A stretch of DNA of 64,000 nucleotides, from assembly GCA_965242925.1 (NCBI GenBank), contig CBDEUM010000034.1, positions 128,001-192,000 of the forward strand. Direction: 5' to 3'. Below are positions 20,463 through 31,344 of the stretch, piece after piece. The notes beneath the pieces are model-generated. The model was not told the DNA's origin. It did no database searches and worked only from the letters and a program-made list of their open reading frames with translations. The DNA comes from Roseibacillus sp. (GTDB taxonomy: Bacteria; Verrucomicrobiota; Verrucomicrobiia; Verrucomicrobiales; Akkermansiaceae). A program made the translations under genes and the position numbers. Positions within the stretch are counted from its first letter, which is position 1, and each line of letters opens with the position of its first letter.

Positions 20463-21146
20463 ATGTCTTCTCCAACCCCTTCATTTGACGCCATTGCCAT
20501 CGATGGCCCGGCCGCTTCCGGCAAGAGCACGGTGGCGAAGGTGCTGGCCGAACGACTGGACCTTGTCATGGTAAACTCCGGAGAGATGTACCGGGCCGTA
20601 ACGCTGGCCGTCGTGCAGCAGGGAGTGGATCTGGGCAACCCGGTCGCCGTGGGAAATCATCTGAAGGAAATCAATTTGTGCTGCGTCGTCGAAAACGGCG
20701 GCTCCCAGATTCTGCTGGACGGGGAGTATCCCGGTAGCGCCCTTCGGTCCGACGATGTGAATGCGGCCGTCTCGGCGGTAGCAGCTGTGCCTGAAGTGCG
20801 TCATCTTCTGGTCGCTCTTCAGCGTGAACTCCTGCAGCACGGTGATCTCGTGATGGAAGGTCGCGACATCGGATCGGTCGTCTTCCCCGACACTCCCTAT
20901 AAAATCTACATTGAAGCCTCCGAGGAGGTCCGGCGGGAGCGCCGGGCTGCCGAGGGACAAATGGATTCCGTTAGCGACCGGGACCGCCAGGACAGCGCCC
21001 GAGAGACATCTCCTCTCGTTGTGCCGGACGGGGCCGAGGTAATTGACAGTTCTCAAATGGCAATTGAAGAAGTGGTGGAGGCGGCTCTGGAAGTCCTGGG
21101 TGCCCGGGGTTGGTTCAATCGCGAGTCAGAGAGGAACCGCCCATGA
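20463..21146 (+). CDS. cmk: Cytidylate kinase
   Basis: IAIDGPAASGKSTVA, SG.MYR, VMEGRDIGSVVFP, RDRQDS.R..SPL. Confidence 0.95.
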   Translation: MSSPTPSFDAIAIDGPAASGKSTVAKVLAERLDLVMVNSGEMYRAVTLAVVQQGVDLGNPVAVGNHLKEINLCCVVENGGSQILLDGEYPGSALRSDDVNAAVSAVAAVPEVRHLLVALQRELLQHGDLVMEGRDIGSVVFPDTPYKIYIEASEEVRRERRAAEGQMDSVSDRDRQDSARETSPLVVPDGAEVIDSSQMAIEEVVEAALEVLGARGWFNRESERNRP

Positions 21147-21754
21147 GGACGCTTTACTGGATTACCAGGGCCTTGGCCCGTACGGCCTTTGCCTCGTCCG
21201 GAGGGGATATCGAAATCATCAATCGCGGCAAACGCATCCACGAGGGCGGCGCTATCGTCGCGGCTAATCATACGAGCTACCTCGATCCCCCCATCGTGGC
21301 ATGTGCCTATAATTCCCCGATTTCCTTTCTGGCCAGAAAATCCCTCTTTCGGAGTTTCGGGGCATGGCTCTATCCGCGGCTCAATACCGTTCCCATCGAC
21401 CGCGAGCATGCTGATCTCCAGAGCATAAAAATCATCCTGCGGAAACTGAAGAACGGCGAACGTCTCCTGATGTTCCCGGAGGGGACGCGCAGCGCAGATG
21501 GCAGGTTGCAGGAGGCCAAGGCAGGCATCGGCATGCTGGTGGCCAAGAGCGGCGTTCCGGTTCAGCCGGTGCGCATTTTCGGTGCCCATGAATCATGGCC
21601 CAAAGGGGGGAAATTCCGCCCTCATCGCATTCAGGTGGTCATTGGCGATCCCGTTGCTTTTGACCCCGGGGATCTCAAGGAGAAATCGCGGGAGGCCTAC
21701 CAGCGAATTGCTGACCAGTTGATGGGGGCTATTGCGGAATTGAAAGTGGAGTAA
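21143..21754 (+). CDS. plsC: 1-acyl-sn-glycerol-3-phosphate acyltransferase
   Basis: NHTSYLD and FPEGTRS motifs. Confidence 0.92.
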   Translation: MRTLYWITRALARTAFASSGGDIEIINRGKRIHEGGAIVAANHTSYLDPPIVACAYNSPISFLARKSLFRSFGAWLYPRLNTVPIDREHADLQSIKIILRKLKNGERLLMFPEGTRSADGRLQEAKAGIGMLVAKSGVPVQPVRIFGAHESWPKGGKFRPHRIQVVIGDPVAFDPGDLKEKSREAYQRIADQLMGAIAELKVE

Positions 21755-21788
21755 TCAGGCTCGATCGACACGGTGGGCAGTGCCGGAA

Positions 21789-23225
21789 TTACTCCTCGTC
21801 CCGGATTATCTCCCAGGCCCGGCCCACGCGCAGGATTACGTCCTCCGCAAGATGAGGGCCAAGAATCTGCAGTCCGACGGGCAATGCGCTGCCTTCCCGT
21901 TCCACCGTGCCACAAGGCACGCTAAGCCCGCAAATCCCGGCCAGGTTTGCGCTGATGGTGTAGATATCGGCGAGGTAATCCTGGAGGGGGTTATCGGCGA
22001 ACTCACCGATTCTGCGGGGCAGGGTAGGGCTTACCGGGCCAACCAGGGCGTCCACCCGCTGGAAAGCCTGCTGATATTCCTGCTGAATAAGAGTGCGGGC
22101 CTTCTGAGCGCGGAGATAGTATTTCCCACTGTAGCCGGAGCTGAGAACATAGGTGCCAAGTATAATGCGTCTCTTCACCTCCGGACCGAAGCCTCTGGCC
22201 CGACTGCCGCGGTACATCGCGATAACGCCTTCGCCGTTATCGACACGATTGCCGTAGCGCACGCCATCATAGCGGCTGAGATTTGATGAGGCCTCGGCCG
22301 GGGCCAGGATATAGTAGGTTGCAACCGCGAATGAGGTCGACGGCAGCGAGATATCAACCAACTCCGCGCCCTCTGCTTCAAATTTGCCAAGGGCTTCCTC
22401 GATCCGGGCGCGCACGGCCGGATCAAGGCCCTCGTCGGCAAAATATTCCCGGGGCACACCCAGTTTCATTCCCGACACACCCCGCTGGAGTCCAGCGGTG
22501 TAGTCGGGCACTTCCGCATCAAGGCAGGTTGAATCCCGTTTATCTCCACCCGCGATGACTCGAAGAAGGAGTGCGGAATCCTCCACCGTCCTGGTAAGGG
22601 GCCCGATCTGGTCAAGAGAGGATGCAAAGGCCACCAGTCCGTAGCGGGAGACACGCCCATAGGATGGCTTCAATCCCACCACGCCACAGTGACTGGCGGG
22701 CTGCCTAATGGAACCCCCGGTATCCGATCCAAGCGCGGCGACAGCCATGTCCGCAGCCACCACCGCTGCGGAGCCACCAGAAGACCCGCCGGGAATCCGG
22801 TCGTGAGCATGGGGGTTTCTGGTCTGCTGGAGGGCCGAGTTCTCAGTCGACGATCCCATCGCGAACTCATCGAGATTGGTCCGCCCATAGAGAACCGCAC
22901 CCGCCTCCTTGAGCCGGGCCGATACAGTTGCATCGTAAGGCGAGAGATAACCACCTTCCAGGAACCGGGAGGCGCAGCTGCATGGATGGTCCTCCACGTT
23001 GATATTGTCCTTCAGGGCAATGGGAATCCCCCCGAGCGGCCTGGCCAGGTCGACCGCCTCGGCATCAACGAGAGCCTTCTCGAAGTCGGAACTGAGGTAA
23101 CCGCCGATCGTCTCATTCTGTGCAGAGATGGCAGTCCCCACAGACTCCACGATCTCGCGAGGGGTCGTCTCTCCCGCAAGGAGCATGCGCCGGAGGTTGG
23201 CAATGCTGGTAGTGGCCAGGTTCAC
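21789..23225 (-). CDS. gatA: Asp/Glu-tRNA amidotransferase subunit A
   Basis: NLDEFAMGSSTE, PGGSSGGSA, LGSDTGGSIRQPA, EASSNLSRYDG, EVKRRIILG. Confidence 0.96.
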   Translation of the reverse strand: MNLATTSIANLRRMLLAGETTPREIVESVGTAISAQNETIGGYLSSDFEKALVDAEAVDLARPLGGIPIALKDNINVEDHPCSCASRFLEGGYLSPYDATVSARLKEAGAVLYGRTNLDEFAMGSSTENSALQQTRNPHAHDRIPGGSSGGSAAVVAADMAVAALGSDTGGSIRQPASHCGVVGLKPSYGRVSRYGLVAFASSLDQIGPLTRTVEDSALLLRVIAGGDKRDSTCLDAEVPDYTAGLQRGVSGMKLGVPREYFADEGLDPAVRARIEEALGKFEAEGAELVDISLPSTSFAVATYYILAPAEASSNLSRYDGVRYGNRVDNGEGVIAMYRGSRARGFGPEVKRRIILGTYVLSSGYSGKYYLRAQKARTLIQQEYQQAFQRVDALVGPVSPTLPRRIGEFADNPLQDYLADIYTISANLAGICGLSVPCGTVEREGSALPVGLQILGPHLAEDVILRVGRAWEIIRDEE

Positions 23226-23236
23226 GACATGAAGGA

Positions 23237-23542
23237 CTAGGAATCCACCACCTTGGGGACTCGCACCTGATCCAGGGCTGTGTCCGGTGCATTACGCAGG
23301 AACTGCTCACGGGTGAGGCTCTTGTCGGTCTCATCCTCTCGGAAGCAATCAAGGATCGGAGCCGGGTGCGCCGTTGGCTCCACACCTTCCACTTCAAGCG
23401 ACGAGAGGGTGTCGACAAAAGCCAGAATCTCACTCAGTTGTTTCTGGAACTGAGCAGTTTCCTCCTCGGTCAGATCCAGTCGGGCCAGTCCGGCTACATA
23501 GCCGACATCAATTTCCGGAGCCGCACTTTGCCTTTCGCTCAC
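23237..23542 (-). CDS. gatC: Asp/Glu-tRNA amidotransferase subunit C
   Basis: VA.LARL.L, IL.FV..L, VEPT.H, RED, NAP, VPKV; directly upstream of gatA; GTG start inferred. Confidence 0.92.
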   Translation of the reverse strand: MSERQSAAPEIDVGYVAGLARLDLTEEETAQFQKQLSEILAFVDTLSSLEVEGVEPTAHPAPILDCFREDETDKSLTREQFLRNAPDTALDQVRVPKVVDS

Positions 23543-23635
23543 GCGCGGATGTTCGGGAGAAAGCTCAAGGTTTAAAGTATAAAGTTCACCGTTTATGGAA
23601 CCAGGAACTGGAAATCCAGGCATGAACGGATCACT

Positions 23636-23965
23636 TCACACTGCTTGCAGAACGGAATAGATCCAGAAGGAGAGCATCAGAATGGCCGTGACGAGCAGGA
23701 TAAAGAGGAAAGCGCTCTTGGTCTGGTAACGATGCTCATTGCGGATCTCTCCACGACTGAGCCGGGAGTAGAATTTGTGTTCTCGGCGGCGGTCTTCCAA
23801 GTCATCAGGCGGGGGCATGGTAGTGATTTCCTCCTCCATTTCACGCCGGATACGCTCAGGCGCCCCTTCAATGAAATCCTCAAGCTCACTGATGCGGGAG
23901 ATCAGTCGTTCTTCGCGCGAACTGAGGGGACAGTTAACCTTCGGCTTGTTCCGGAAGAATCCCAT
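23636..23965 (-). CDS. Hypothetical protein with C-terminal transmembrane anchor
   Basis: 109 aa, charged helical N-terminal part and one C-terminal TM; 1-nt overlap with the upstream ORF. Confidence 0.7.
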   Translation of the reverse strand: MGFFRNKPKVNCPLSSREERLISRISELEDFIEGAPERIRREMEEEITTMPPPDDLEDRRREHKFYSRLSRGEIRNEHRYQTKSAFLFILLVTAILMLSFWIYSVLQAV

Positions 23966-24594
23966 TATTTATACAGGAGAATGACAAGAGCCACGGTACC
24001 CAGCACGAGCAGGGGAAGGTTGTAGGCCAAGCCAGATCGGAAATTGGCCCCAAACCCACTTCCCGCTCCACTTCCCAACTTGGTCCCGGAGGCGGGGTTG
24101 CCGAAGATTCCACGGGTTCGCCCACCGGCAAAATGAGTCACCGCACTCTCGAACTCCTCTTCAGCCTGTTCCAGCATGCAGAGGGCCCGACTCAGCTCGG
24201 TAGTGAAAGACTCTCGTTGCCAGCCTTCGGGTTCCACTTTCTCGATGCGGATCAGGTGGGCAGCGAAGGACTGCCTGGTCTGCTCAAGATCCTCGAGTTC
24301 CTGGCGCAGCTCGAAGAGTTCGCGATCGATCGTCGTCACTGATCCGGAAAGTCGTTCGGTGAGCTCTATCTGACCGTCGAGGAATTCCTCTTTGCGCTGG
24401 TTCAGCTCATCCATCTCGCACTTCTGGCGCTCCAGCTGTTCCCGTTGGTGCTGAAGCACTTCCAACTGTTGTTGCGCGTCCCGCAACTGCCCCTCAAAGT
24501 CTTCGTTCTCTGCCCGGGTGCGGGAGTCAGCATCCAGATTCATCTGAGTCTCCTTGAGCCTGAGGTGATGTGTGTGTTCGGTTCCAGCAGTCAT
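23965..24594 (-). CDS. Coiled-coil protein with C-terminal transmembrane anchor
   Basis: Long Q/E/L heptad region, Gly-rich linker, terminal TM; start uncertain. Confidence 0.75.
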   Translation of the reverse strand: MTAGTEHTHHLRLKETQMNLDADSRTRAENEDFEGQLRDAQQQLEVLQHQREQLERQKCEMDELNQRKEEFLDGQIELTERLSGSVTTIDRELFELRQELEDLEQTRQSFAAHLIRIEKVEPEGWQRESFTTELSRALCMLEQAEEEFESAVTHFAGGRTRGIFGNPASGTKLGSGAGSGFGANFRSGLAYNLPLLVLGTVALVILLYK

Positions 24595-24930
24595 GGCAAT
24601 CTCCCAAGTGGATTTTGAAAAGGTTAGGGACGGCATCGGAGAATACCCGTAGGCCGTATTTTTAGCTAGTAGATATTTTAGATTTGTTAATAAAACAGGC
24701 GACAGTTCCCGCGGTTGCGGCATTTTTCCCGCCTAGGCGCAAAAATCGTGGCCGGGATCACGTGCCAACGCTCCGCTGGGTGCGGTTCAATCCTTTTCAC
24801 GGCATTCGCCTTATTGCGGCCGGTGATTATGGTCTTGTGACCGGGCCACAAGTGGGACTCCCGGGACGGTGGAGTGATCGATCAGAAAAGAAGCAGTCCG
24901 AAGTTGGAGGCCGTTTACAGGAACAAATGG

Positions 24931-26046
<1,116 letters not shown>

Positions 26047-26132
26047 TTAGCGTGTCTCCGGGGGGAGGGAAATGGAATTCGCCCGGGATTTTGTAGTCGA
26101 GTTTCGAAGATCATGCGACAGGCTCCCTCCGA

Positions 26133-27110
26133 GTGCACGTTCTCATCGACTTTCTCTGGCTCCTCCTTGGTCTGATGCTCCTCTTCCTTGGAGGTGAATG
26201 GCTGGTAAGGGGAGCAAGGGAGATTTCCCTCAAGATGGGCATAGCGCCCCTCGTGGTGGGCCTGACCGTGGTGGCCTTCGGGACGAGCGCCCCCGAACTT
26301 CTTGTGAGCCTGCAGGCCAACCTGAAGGATCCGCCCAAGGGGGACATGGCGCTTGGGAACGTGGTCGGATCCAACATCTGCAACCTTGCCCTCATTCTCG
26401 GCGTGGGTGCGGTAATTCGACCCATTTTTGTGCAGGGGCAGGTCTTGAAGCGGGAAATGCCCCTCCTGCTGATCATCTCCGCCATCTTCGTGTGGTTGCT
26501 TCACGATGGCACAATTGGCCGAGGGGAAGGCCTGGTGCTTTTTGCGGGAGTAATCACTTACACCTTGATCAGCCTGCGGCAATCTCGGCGGGCGTCTCGA
26601 AACCTTGATCGCGCTGCCCTCCCGAACGACCAGGCTGAAACCTTCCAGTCGAAGAGTGAGGGAAGGATGCTTTATGACGTCGGGTTCATCCTGCTGGGGA
26701 TGGGAGCACTGGTCTACGGAGCAGATCGCCTGGTGTCGGGCGGCAGCAGCATCGCCCGGAATTTTGGCGTTTCCGAGGCTACCATAGCGTTGACCGTGGT
26801 GGCGTTCGGAACCTCTCTCCCGGAACTCGCCACCTCGATAGTGGCCTCCCTGCGAAGGCAGGGAGACATCATTATCGGCAATGCGGTGGGGTCCTGCATC
26901 TTCAACATCCTTTGCGTGGTTGGCTTGACCGCTACCGTTTCTCCCCTGACGAGCACGCCTGAGCTGAAGGACTTGGATCTCTGGGTCATGCTGACGCTCA
27001 CTGTCACGCTCTTTCCCTTGCTCTGGAGGCGGCGAACGCTTGGGCGGGGGGAGGGGGGGCTCCTGCTCGCCGTGTATGCGAGTTACGTGTGCTATCTGGT
27101 CCTGCGCTGA
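26133..27110 (+). CDS. Calcium/sodium antiporter (YrbG/CaCA family)
   Basis: Two alpha-repeats, GTSAPEL / GNVVGSN and GTSLPEL / GNAVGS; about 10 TM segments. Confidence 0.92.
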   Translation: MHVLIDFLWLLLGLMLLFLGGEWLVRGAREISLKMGIAPLVVGLTVVAFGTSAPELLVSLQANLKDPPKGDMALGNVVGSNICNLALILGVGAVIRPIFVQGQVLKREMPLLLIISAIFVWLLHDGTIGRGEGLVLFAGVITYTLISLRQSRRASRNLDRAALPNDQAETFQSKSEGRMLYDVGFILLGMGALVYGADRLVSGGSSIARNFGVSEATIALTVVAFGTSLPELATSIVASLRRQGDIIIGNAVGSCIFNILCVVGLTATVSPLTSTPELKDLDLWVMLTLTVTLFPLLWRRRTLGRGEGGLLLAVYASYVCYLVLR

Positions 27111-28019
27111 TCAATTCTGGGGCAGGGGGACAGGTTTTCCTTCCTGCTGTTGAGGCAGATCGTGTCCCTCCTTCTCCCGACATGATGAAGCCACTTCGGC
27201 AAACGGCCCGTCCTGTTCCTCCCTCCGTGTCGCACGGATGGAACTGAGCATCCGGCGGGTGGTGTCGAGGAACCATGACGCGTCCCTGTCGGTGAACTCG
27301 TCGCAACTGTGGACGGCGCGATTGCGCGCGATACGAAGTTCGTGGAAGATTCCCACGCAGTTTTCCGGAATGATGCCAGCACGCGCCGCGAGGGGAATGA
27401 GTTGATTGGCGCGGTTACTGCCGACATGAACGTTGTCGTCCAGGAGGGCTCGCTGCAAAGCGCTTTCAATGCACCGGTAGGCCTCCAGAGCCACCAGATC
27501 ATGATGCCCGGCCCCCATAAGTTCCTCCGCGCGTTGAAAGTGTGCCTTGGACTGGTAAGTAATCCGGTCCACATTGTCCGCCCGGTCCCTGCGATTCATG
27601 TGGGCAGATGCCAGTTTGGCAATAAGAAGGCCTGCTCCGGCGGCAAGGGAGGCGATAGCCAGCTTGGAGATCTCGCCTGCGAGAGGAGAACTCGAAATCC
27701 AGACCACGCCTTCGGCCACCTTGATGGAGAGCGCCACGATAGCGAAAACCGGTGGAAAAAGCAGGGCGGTAGCGTAAAAGAAGTTTCCCGCGCGATGCGC
27801 GAGACCGAAGGGATTGTCGGAGATAAAGTCGATCGCGTAAAAGTAGATCACGCAACCCAGCAGACCGAGCATGAGGAAGTAAATCATCCGGAACTGCAGG
27901 ACGGTGCCGAAGAAGGAGAAACCAGCGTCACCGAAGTCCCTTACCACCGAATGGATAGCAAAGAGAACGGCTACCAGGGCGAGGGCGAAGACAATCTTGG
28001 CTTTGGCAAAATCACTCAC
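27111..28019 (-). CDS. Membrane protein with C-terminal HEPN-like domain
   Basis: About 4 N-terminal TM helices; C-terminal helical domain with AYRCIESAL and LRIARNRAVH (Rx4H). Confidence 0.65.
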   Translation of the reverse strand: MSDFAKAKIVFALALVAVLFAIHSVVRDFGDAGFSFFGTVLQFRMIYFLMLGLLGCVIYFYAIDFISDNPFGLAHRAGNFFYATALLFPPVFAIVALSIKVAEGVVWISSSPLAGEISKLAIASLAAGAGLLIAKLASAHMNRRDRADNVDRITYQSKAHFQRAEELMGAGHHDLVALEAYRCIESALQRALLDDNVHVGSNRANQLIPLAARAGIIPENCVGIFHELRIARNRAVHSCDEFTDRDASWFLDTTRRMLSSIRATRREEQDGPFAEVASSCREKEGHDLPQQQEGKPVPLPQN

Positions 28020-28131
28020 AGGAAGGGTGAACCAGTTCGTGGGGATCGAACAATAAGCTGATCCTGATCGTTTGGAAAGGTAAATTACCTCCCTTCGGGA
28101 GGCGTCGGGAAGGTGACCTGCCCCTGCGGGG

Positions 28132-29301
28132 TCACATCAGTAACGAACCGAGTTCCTGCCCTTCCGGATAAAGGAACTCCTTTCCCTCGTAATTACGGAG
28201 GAGAGTATTTCTGTCATCGCTACGGACCACATAGTCCGGATTGAGGGGGATCTTCCCGCCTCCCCCGGGAGCATCGATCACGAACTGGGGGATGGCATAT
28301 CCGGTGGTATGGCCGCGCAAACCCTCAATGATCTCGAGACCGGTTTGGATCGGGGTGCGGAGATGGGCCGATCCTTTGATGAGATCACACTGGTACAGGT
28401 AGTAGGGTTTCACCCGGCACAGAAGGAGCTTGTGAACCAGCGCCCTTTGAACCTCCACACTGTCGTTCACTCCCCTGAGGAGAACAGATTGATTTCCCAG
28501 CGGAATTCCCGCGTCGGCCAGACGCTCGAGGCCCTCCCGGACCTCAGTCGTCAACTCGCGCGGATGATTACAATGGATCGAAAGGAAGAGGGGATGATAC
28601 CGGCTCAGGATTTTGCAGAGTTCCGGAGTGATTCGCTGGGGAAGAAAAACCGGCAAGCGGCTTCCAATTCGCAGAAACTGGATATGCTCGATCCTGCGCA
28701 ACCGGGACAGTATGCGCTCAAGTCTGGCGTCGGAGAGGAGCAGGGGATCTCCTCCGGAGAGAAGGACATCACGGACCTCCGGGGTGTTTTCCAGATACTC
28801 GAAGGCAGCCTCCCACTGAGTTTCCAGATGTTGCTCGCCCACCCCCGAGACCACCCTCGAGCGGGTGCAGTAACGACAGTAGGAAGCACAACGGTCGGTG
28901 ACCAGAAAGAGGACTCGATCCGGATAGCGGTGAACCAGTCCTGGAACGGGCATGTGGCTGTCCTCCCCACAGGGATCAGTCATCTCGTGCGGGTCCGTAA
29001 AGGTTTCCTCGACCCGGGGGATAATCTGCCGGCGGACGGGGCAACCGGGGTTGTCTGCCTCTATCAGGTTGAAATAATGGGGGGTGACCGCTGAGGCCAG
29101 TTTCGTTCCGGTGAGCAGGATCCCCGAACGTTCCTCCTCGCTGAGCCTCAGGTGCTCCTCAATCCGGTCCAGGCTCTGCACCCGGTTCTTGAGCTGCCAG
29201 CGATAGTCCGCCCACTGGGCAGGAGAGACATCCCGTCCAGACCAGTATCCCGGCGCCGCAGAACTGAATCTGACTTCGGTGTCGTAATCAAAGGAGGCCA
29301 T
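28132..29301 (-). CDS. KamA-family radical SAM protein (lysine 2,3-aminomutase-like)
   Basis: HRYPDRVL, CASYCRYC, SGGDPL, NQSVLLRGVND, and PLP-lysine motif DAPGGGGKIP. Confidence 0.93.
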   Translation of the reverse strand: MASFDYDTEVRFSSAAPGYWSGRDVSPAQWADYRWQLKNRVQSLDRIEEHLRLSEEERSGILLTGTKLASAVTPHYFNLIEADNPGCPVRRQIIPRVEETFTDPHEMTDPCGEDSHMPVPGLVHRYPDRVLFLVTDRCASYCRYCTRSRVVSGVGEQHLETQWEAAFEYLENTPEVRDVLLSGGDPLLLSDARLERILSRLRRIEHIQFLRIGSRLPVFLPQRITPELCKILSRYHPLFLSIHCNHPRELTTEVREGLERLADAGIPLGNQSVLLRGVNDSVEVQRALVHKLLLCRVKPYYLYQCDLIKGSAHLRTPIQTGLEIIEGLRGHTTGYAIPQFVIDAPGGGGKIPLNPDYVVRSDDRNTLLRNYEGKEFLYPEGQELGSLLM

Positions 29302-29312
29302 CAGAGGGGCCG

Positions 29313-29411
29313 AATTTACGGAAGAAAAGTGTCTTGTCAAAAGTCGGTTGACAAAAAAACGGAGAACTTTACATTTAAGGCGTCTTAACTATAGGAGGAT
29401 AGAGTCTTAAC
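29313..29411. promoter_or_regulatory. Back-to-back sigma70 promoters with a candidate operator
   Basis: Plus strand TTGACA(29348)-16-TACATT; minus strand TTGACA(29340)-16-TAAATT; GTCTTAAC repeated at 29382 and 29404. Confidence 0.6.
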
Positions 29412-29413
29412 AC

Positions 29414-30163
29414 ATGTTTTCACAAGCACTGCGTGATATTGCACGCCCAACATACGCCGAAATTCTTGCAACGCTGAAACGATCGGACGGAATGGCCGTC
29501 TCCGAATTGGCGAAAGAGCTCAAAATGAGCTATATGGGGGTTAAACAACACTGCGTCAACCTCGAGAAGAAGGGTTACCTCAAGACTTGGCGGGTTCCTC
29601 GCACCCAGGTGGGACGTCCAGAAAAACTGTATCGGCTGACGGATGCCTGCGACGACCTTTTCCCCCAAGCCGGCGCGTCGCTGACTCTTCAGCTTCTGCA
29701 GGGAGTAAAACAGCTCTACGGTGAATCCGCACCGGAGAAGATGCTGTTCCACCACTTTGAGGACCAGCGCCAGCGTTGGAGTGAGATGATGAGGGGTTCC
29801 TCTTCCCTCGCTGAGAAGGCAACCAAGCTCGCCGAATTGCGGGATTCGGAAGGCTGTTTCAGCAAGTGCACCTACGAAGCAAGGGATGGACTTCGGTTAG
29901 AGGAGTATCATCATCCGATGGCCGCAATCTATGAAACCTATCCCAGCGCGATCCGCATGGAAGTGCAGATGATGGAGCAACTCCTGGGAACGCGCCTGAC
30001 CCGCAAGACGGTTGATGCAGGCAAGGGCCGCGAACTGATCGTTTATGAAATTTCCTCGCTCGGTTCCCCAGCAGAGCGAGGCGTCTTCAATGGTGTCCAA
30101 ACCGATGCCAACCCTCGCACGGGCGCGAATCCCGGCAAAGTGCCCACGTTTCTTGAGATGTAG
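29414..30163 (+). CDS. HTH transcriptional regulator (ArsR/SufR-like)
   Basis: ELAKEL.MS..GVKQH..LE..G and VGRP.K.YRLT....DLFP motifs; AGGAGG RBS upstream. Confidence 0.85.
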   Translation: MFSQALRDIARPTYAEILATLKRSDGMAVSELAKELKMSYMGVKQHCVNLEKKGYLKTWRVPRTQVGRPEKLYRLTDACDDLFPQAGASLTLQLLQGVKQLYGESAPEKMLFHHFEDQRQRWSEMMRGSSSLAEKATKLAELRDSEGCFSKCTYEARDGLRLEEYHHPMAAIYETYPSAIRMEVQMMEQLLGTRLTRKTVDAGKGRELIVYEISSLGSPAERGVFNGVQTDANPRTGANPGKVPTFLEM

Positions 30164-30188
30164 GGAGCTGGCGCCCTCCAGATTCATC

Positions 30189-30220
30189 AAACCCCGGACA
30201 ATTCCCGTCCGGGGTTTTTT
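30189..30220 (+). terminator. Rho-independent terminator
   Basis: AAACCCCGGAC-loop-GTCCGGGGTTTTTT. Confidence 0.85.
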
Positions 30221-30318
30221 CTGAGCGGACTCCAGCACCCTCCGGTCATGCCTGCGATCCCTGACGGATTACAGGATGCGCCCAATGCCAGGGAAGACCT
30301 CGCAATGGCGGAAGATTG

Positions 30319-31224
30319 TTAGCCGAGAGGGGAAGGATATTCCCCTGCGGTGACCAGTTCACTGATGGTTTTCATCACCGCGGGTTTGTCCTCGCGATGA
30401 GTCACACCGAACCATGATCCCCCGGAGGAGAGAACCCGGCAGGAAGCCTCTCCGCTCTTGAGGAGAAGATCTGCCACTGTCGGAATATGGCACTCTCCAC
30501 TGGCTGGATCGTCGCAGGTTTCCAGGAAGGTTTGAAGATTCGCTTCGAGTTGAGTGAAGAAAACCGGGGTGAATCCCCAGAAGTTCATCGAGACCAGAAC
30601 GTTCTCTGCGAGTTCCCGCTCCGATCCGTCCGCCGCAGATCCCAGCAACCGACCGTCCTCCCGACGCGTGATTTTTATGATTTCCTCCACATCTTTCAGG
30701 AGCCCGTCCGCATGGGAGGTCACCCCCCGATTCACTCCGCCATGCTCCGAAAGGGTGTTCTTCAAATGGTATCCCACCAGGCAATAACAACTGGAATCAG
30801 GCTCCGTCTCGGCGAGGAAGGCAGCTCCCCGGGCGTAGGCGTCCCGACCGTAGAAATCGTCAGCATTAATGGCGACGAAGGGATCGCTCACTTCATGGCG
30901 GGCCGAATAAACGGCGTGCGCGGTGCCCCACGGCTTTGTTCGCGCCTCGGGAGGAGCTAAACCCGCCGGAAGGTCGTCGAGGCGTTGGAAGGCATAGGCC
31001 ACCTCGATCCGATCCTTGAAACGGGCCCCGACGCTCGCCTCGAAGGCCTCCGCGAATTCTTCCCGAATCACAAAGACCACCCTCTTAAACCCGCAGCGAA
31101 TGGCATCGTAAAGCGAGTAGTCCAGGATGGTCTCTCCGTGGGGGCCCATGGGGTCAATCTGTTTCAGCCCGCCATAACGGCTCCCCAGGCCGGCAGCGAG
31201 AACAAGCAAGGTAGGTTTGTGCAT
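30319..31224 (-). CDS. Sugar-phosphate nucleotidyltransferase-family protein
   Basis: LAAGLGSRYGGLKQ, KPWGT.HA, INADDFYG, VSMNFWGF. Confidence 0.9.
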   Translation of the reverse strand: MHKPTLLVLAAGLGSRYGGLKQIDPMGPHGETILDYSLYDAIRCGFKRVVFVIREEFAEAFEASVGARFKDRIEVAYAFQRLDDLPAGLAPPEARTKPWGTAHAVYSARHEVSDPFVAINADDFYGRDAYARGAAFLAETEPDSSCYCLVGYHLKNTLSEHGGVNRGVTSHADGLLKDVEEIIKITRREDGRLLGSAADGSERELAENVLVSMNFWGFTPVFFTQLEANLQTFLETCDDPASGECHIPTVADLLLKSGEASCRVLSSGGSWFGVTHREDKPAVMKTISELVTAGEYPSPLG

Positions 31225-31344
31225 ACGGAATCCGGGGCGGTTTTAGGGGGATGGAGAGGGGGCATGCAACGGGAATTTGCAGGAGTCCTGTTGCCCCGGG
31301 GAAAACACGTTGCGAATCCGCTCCCACGCCCCTTAGAGTGCGGC

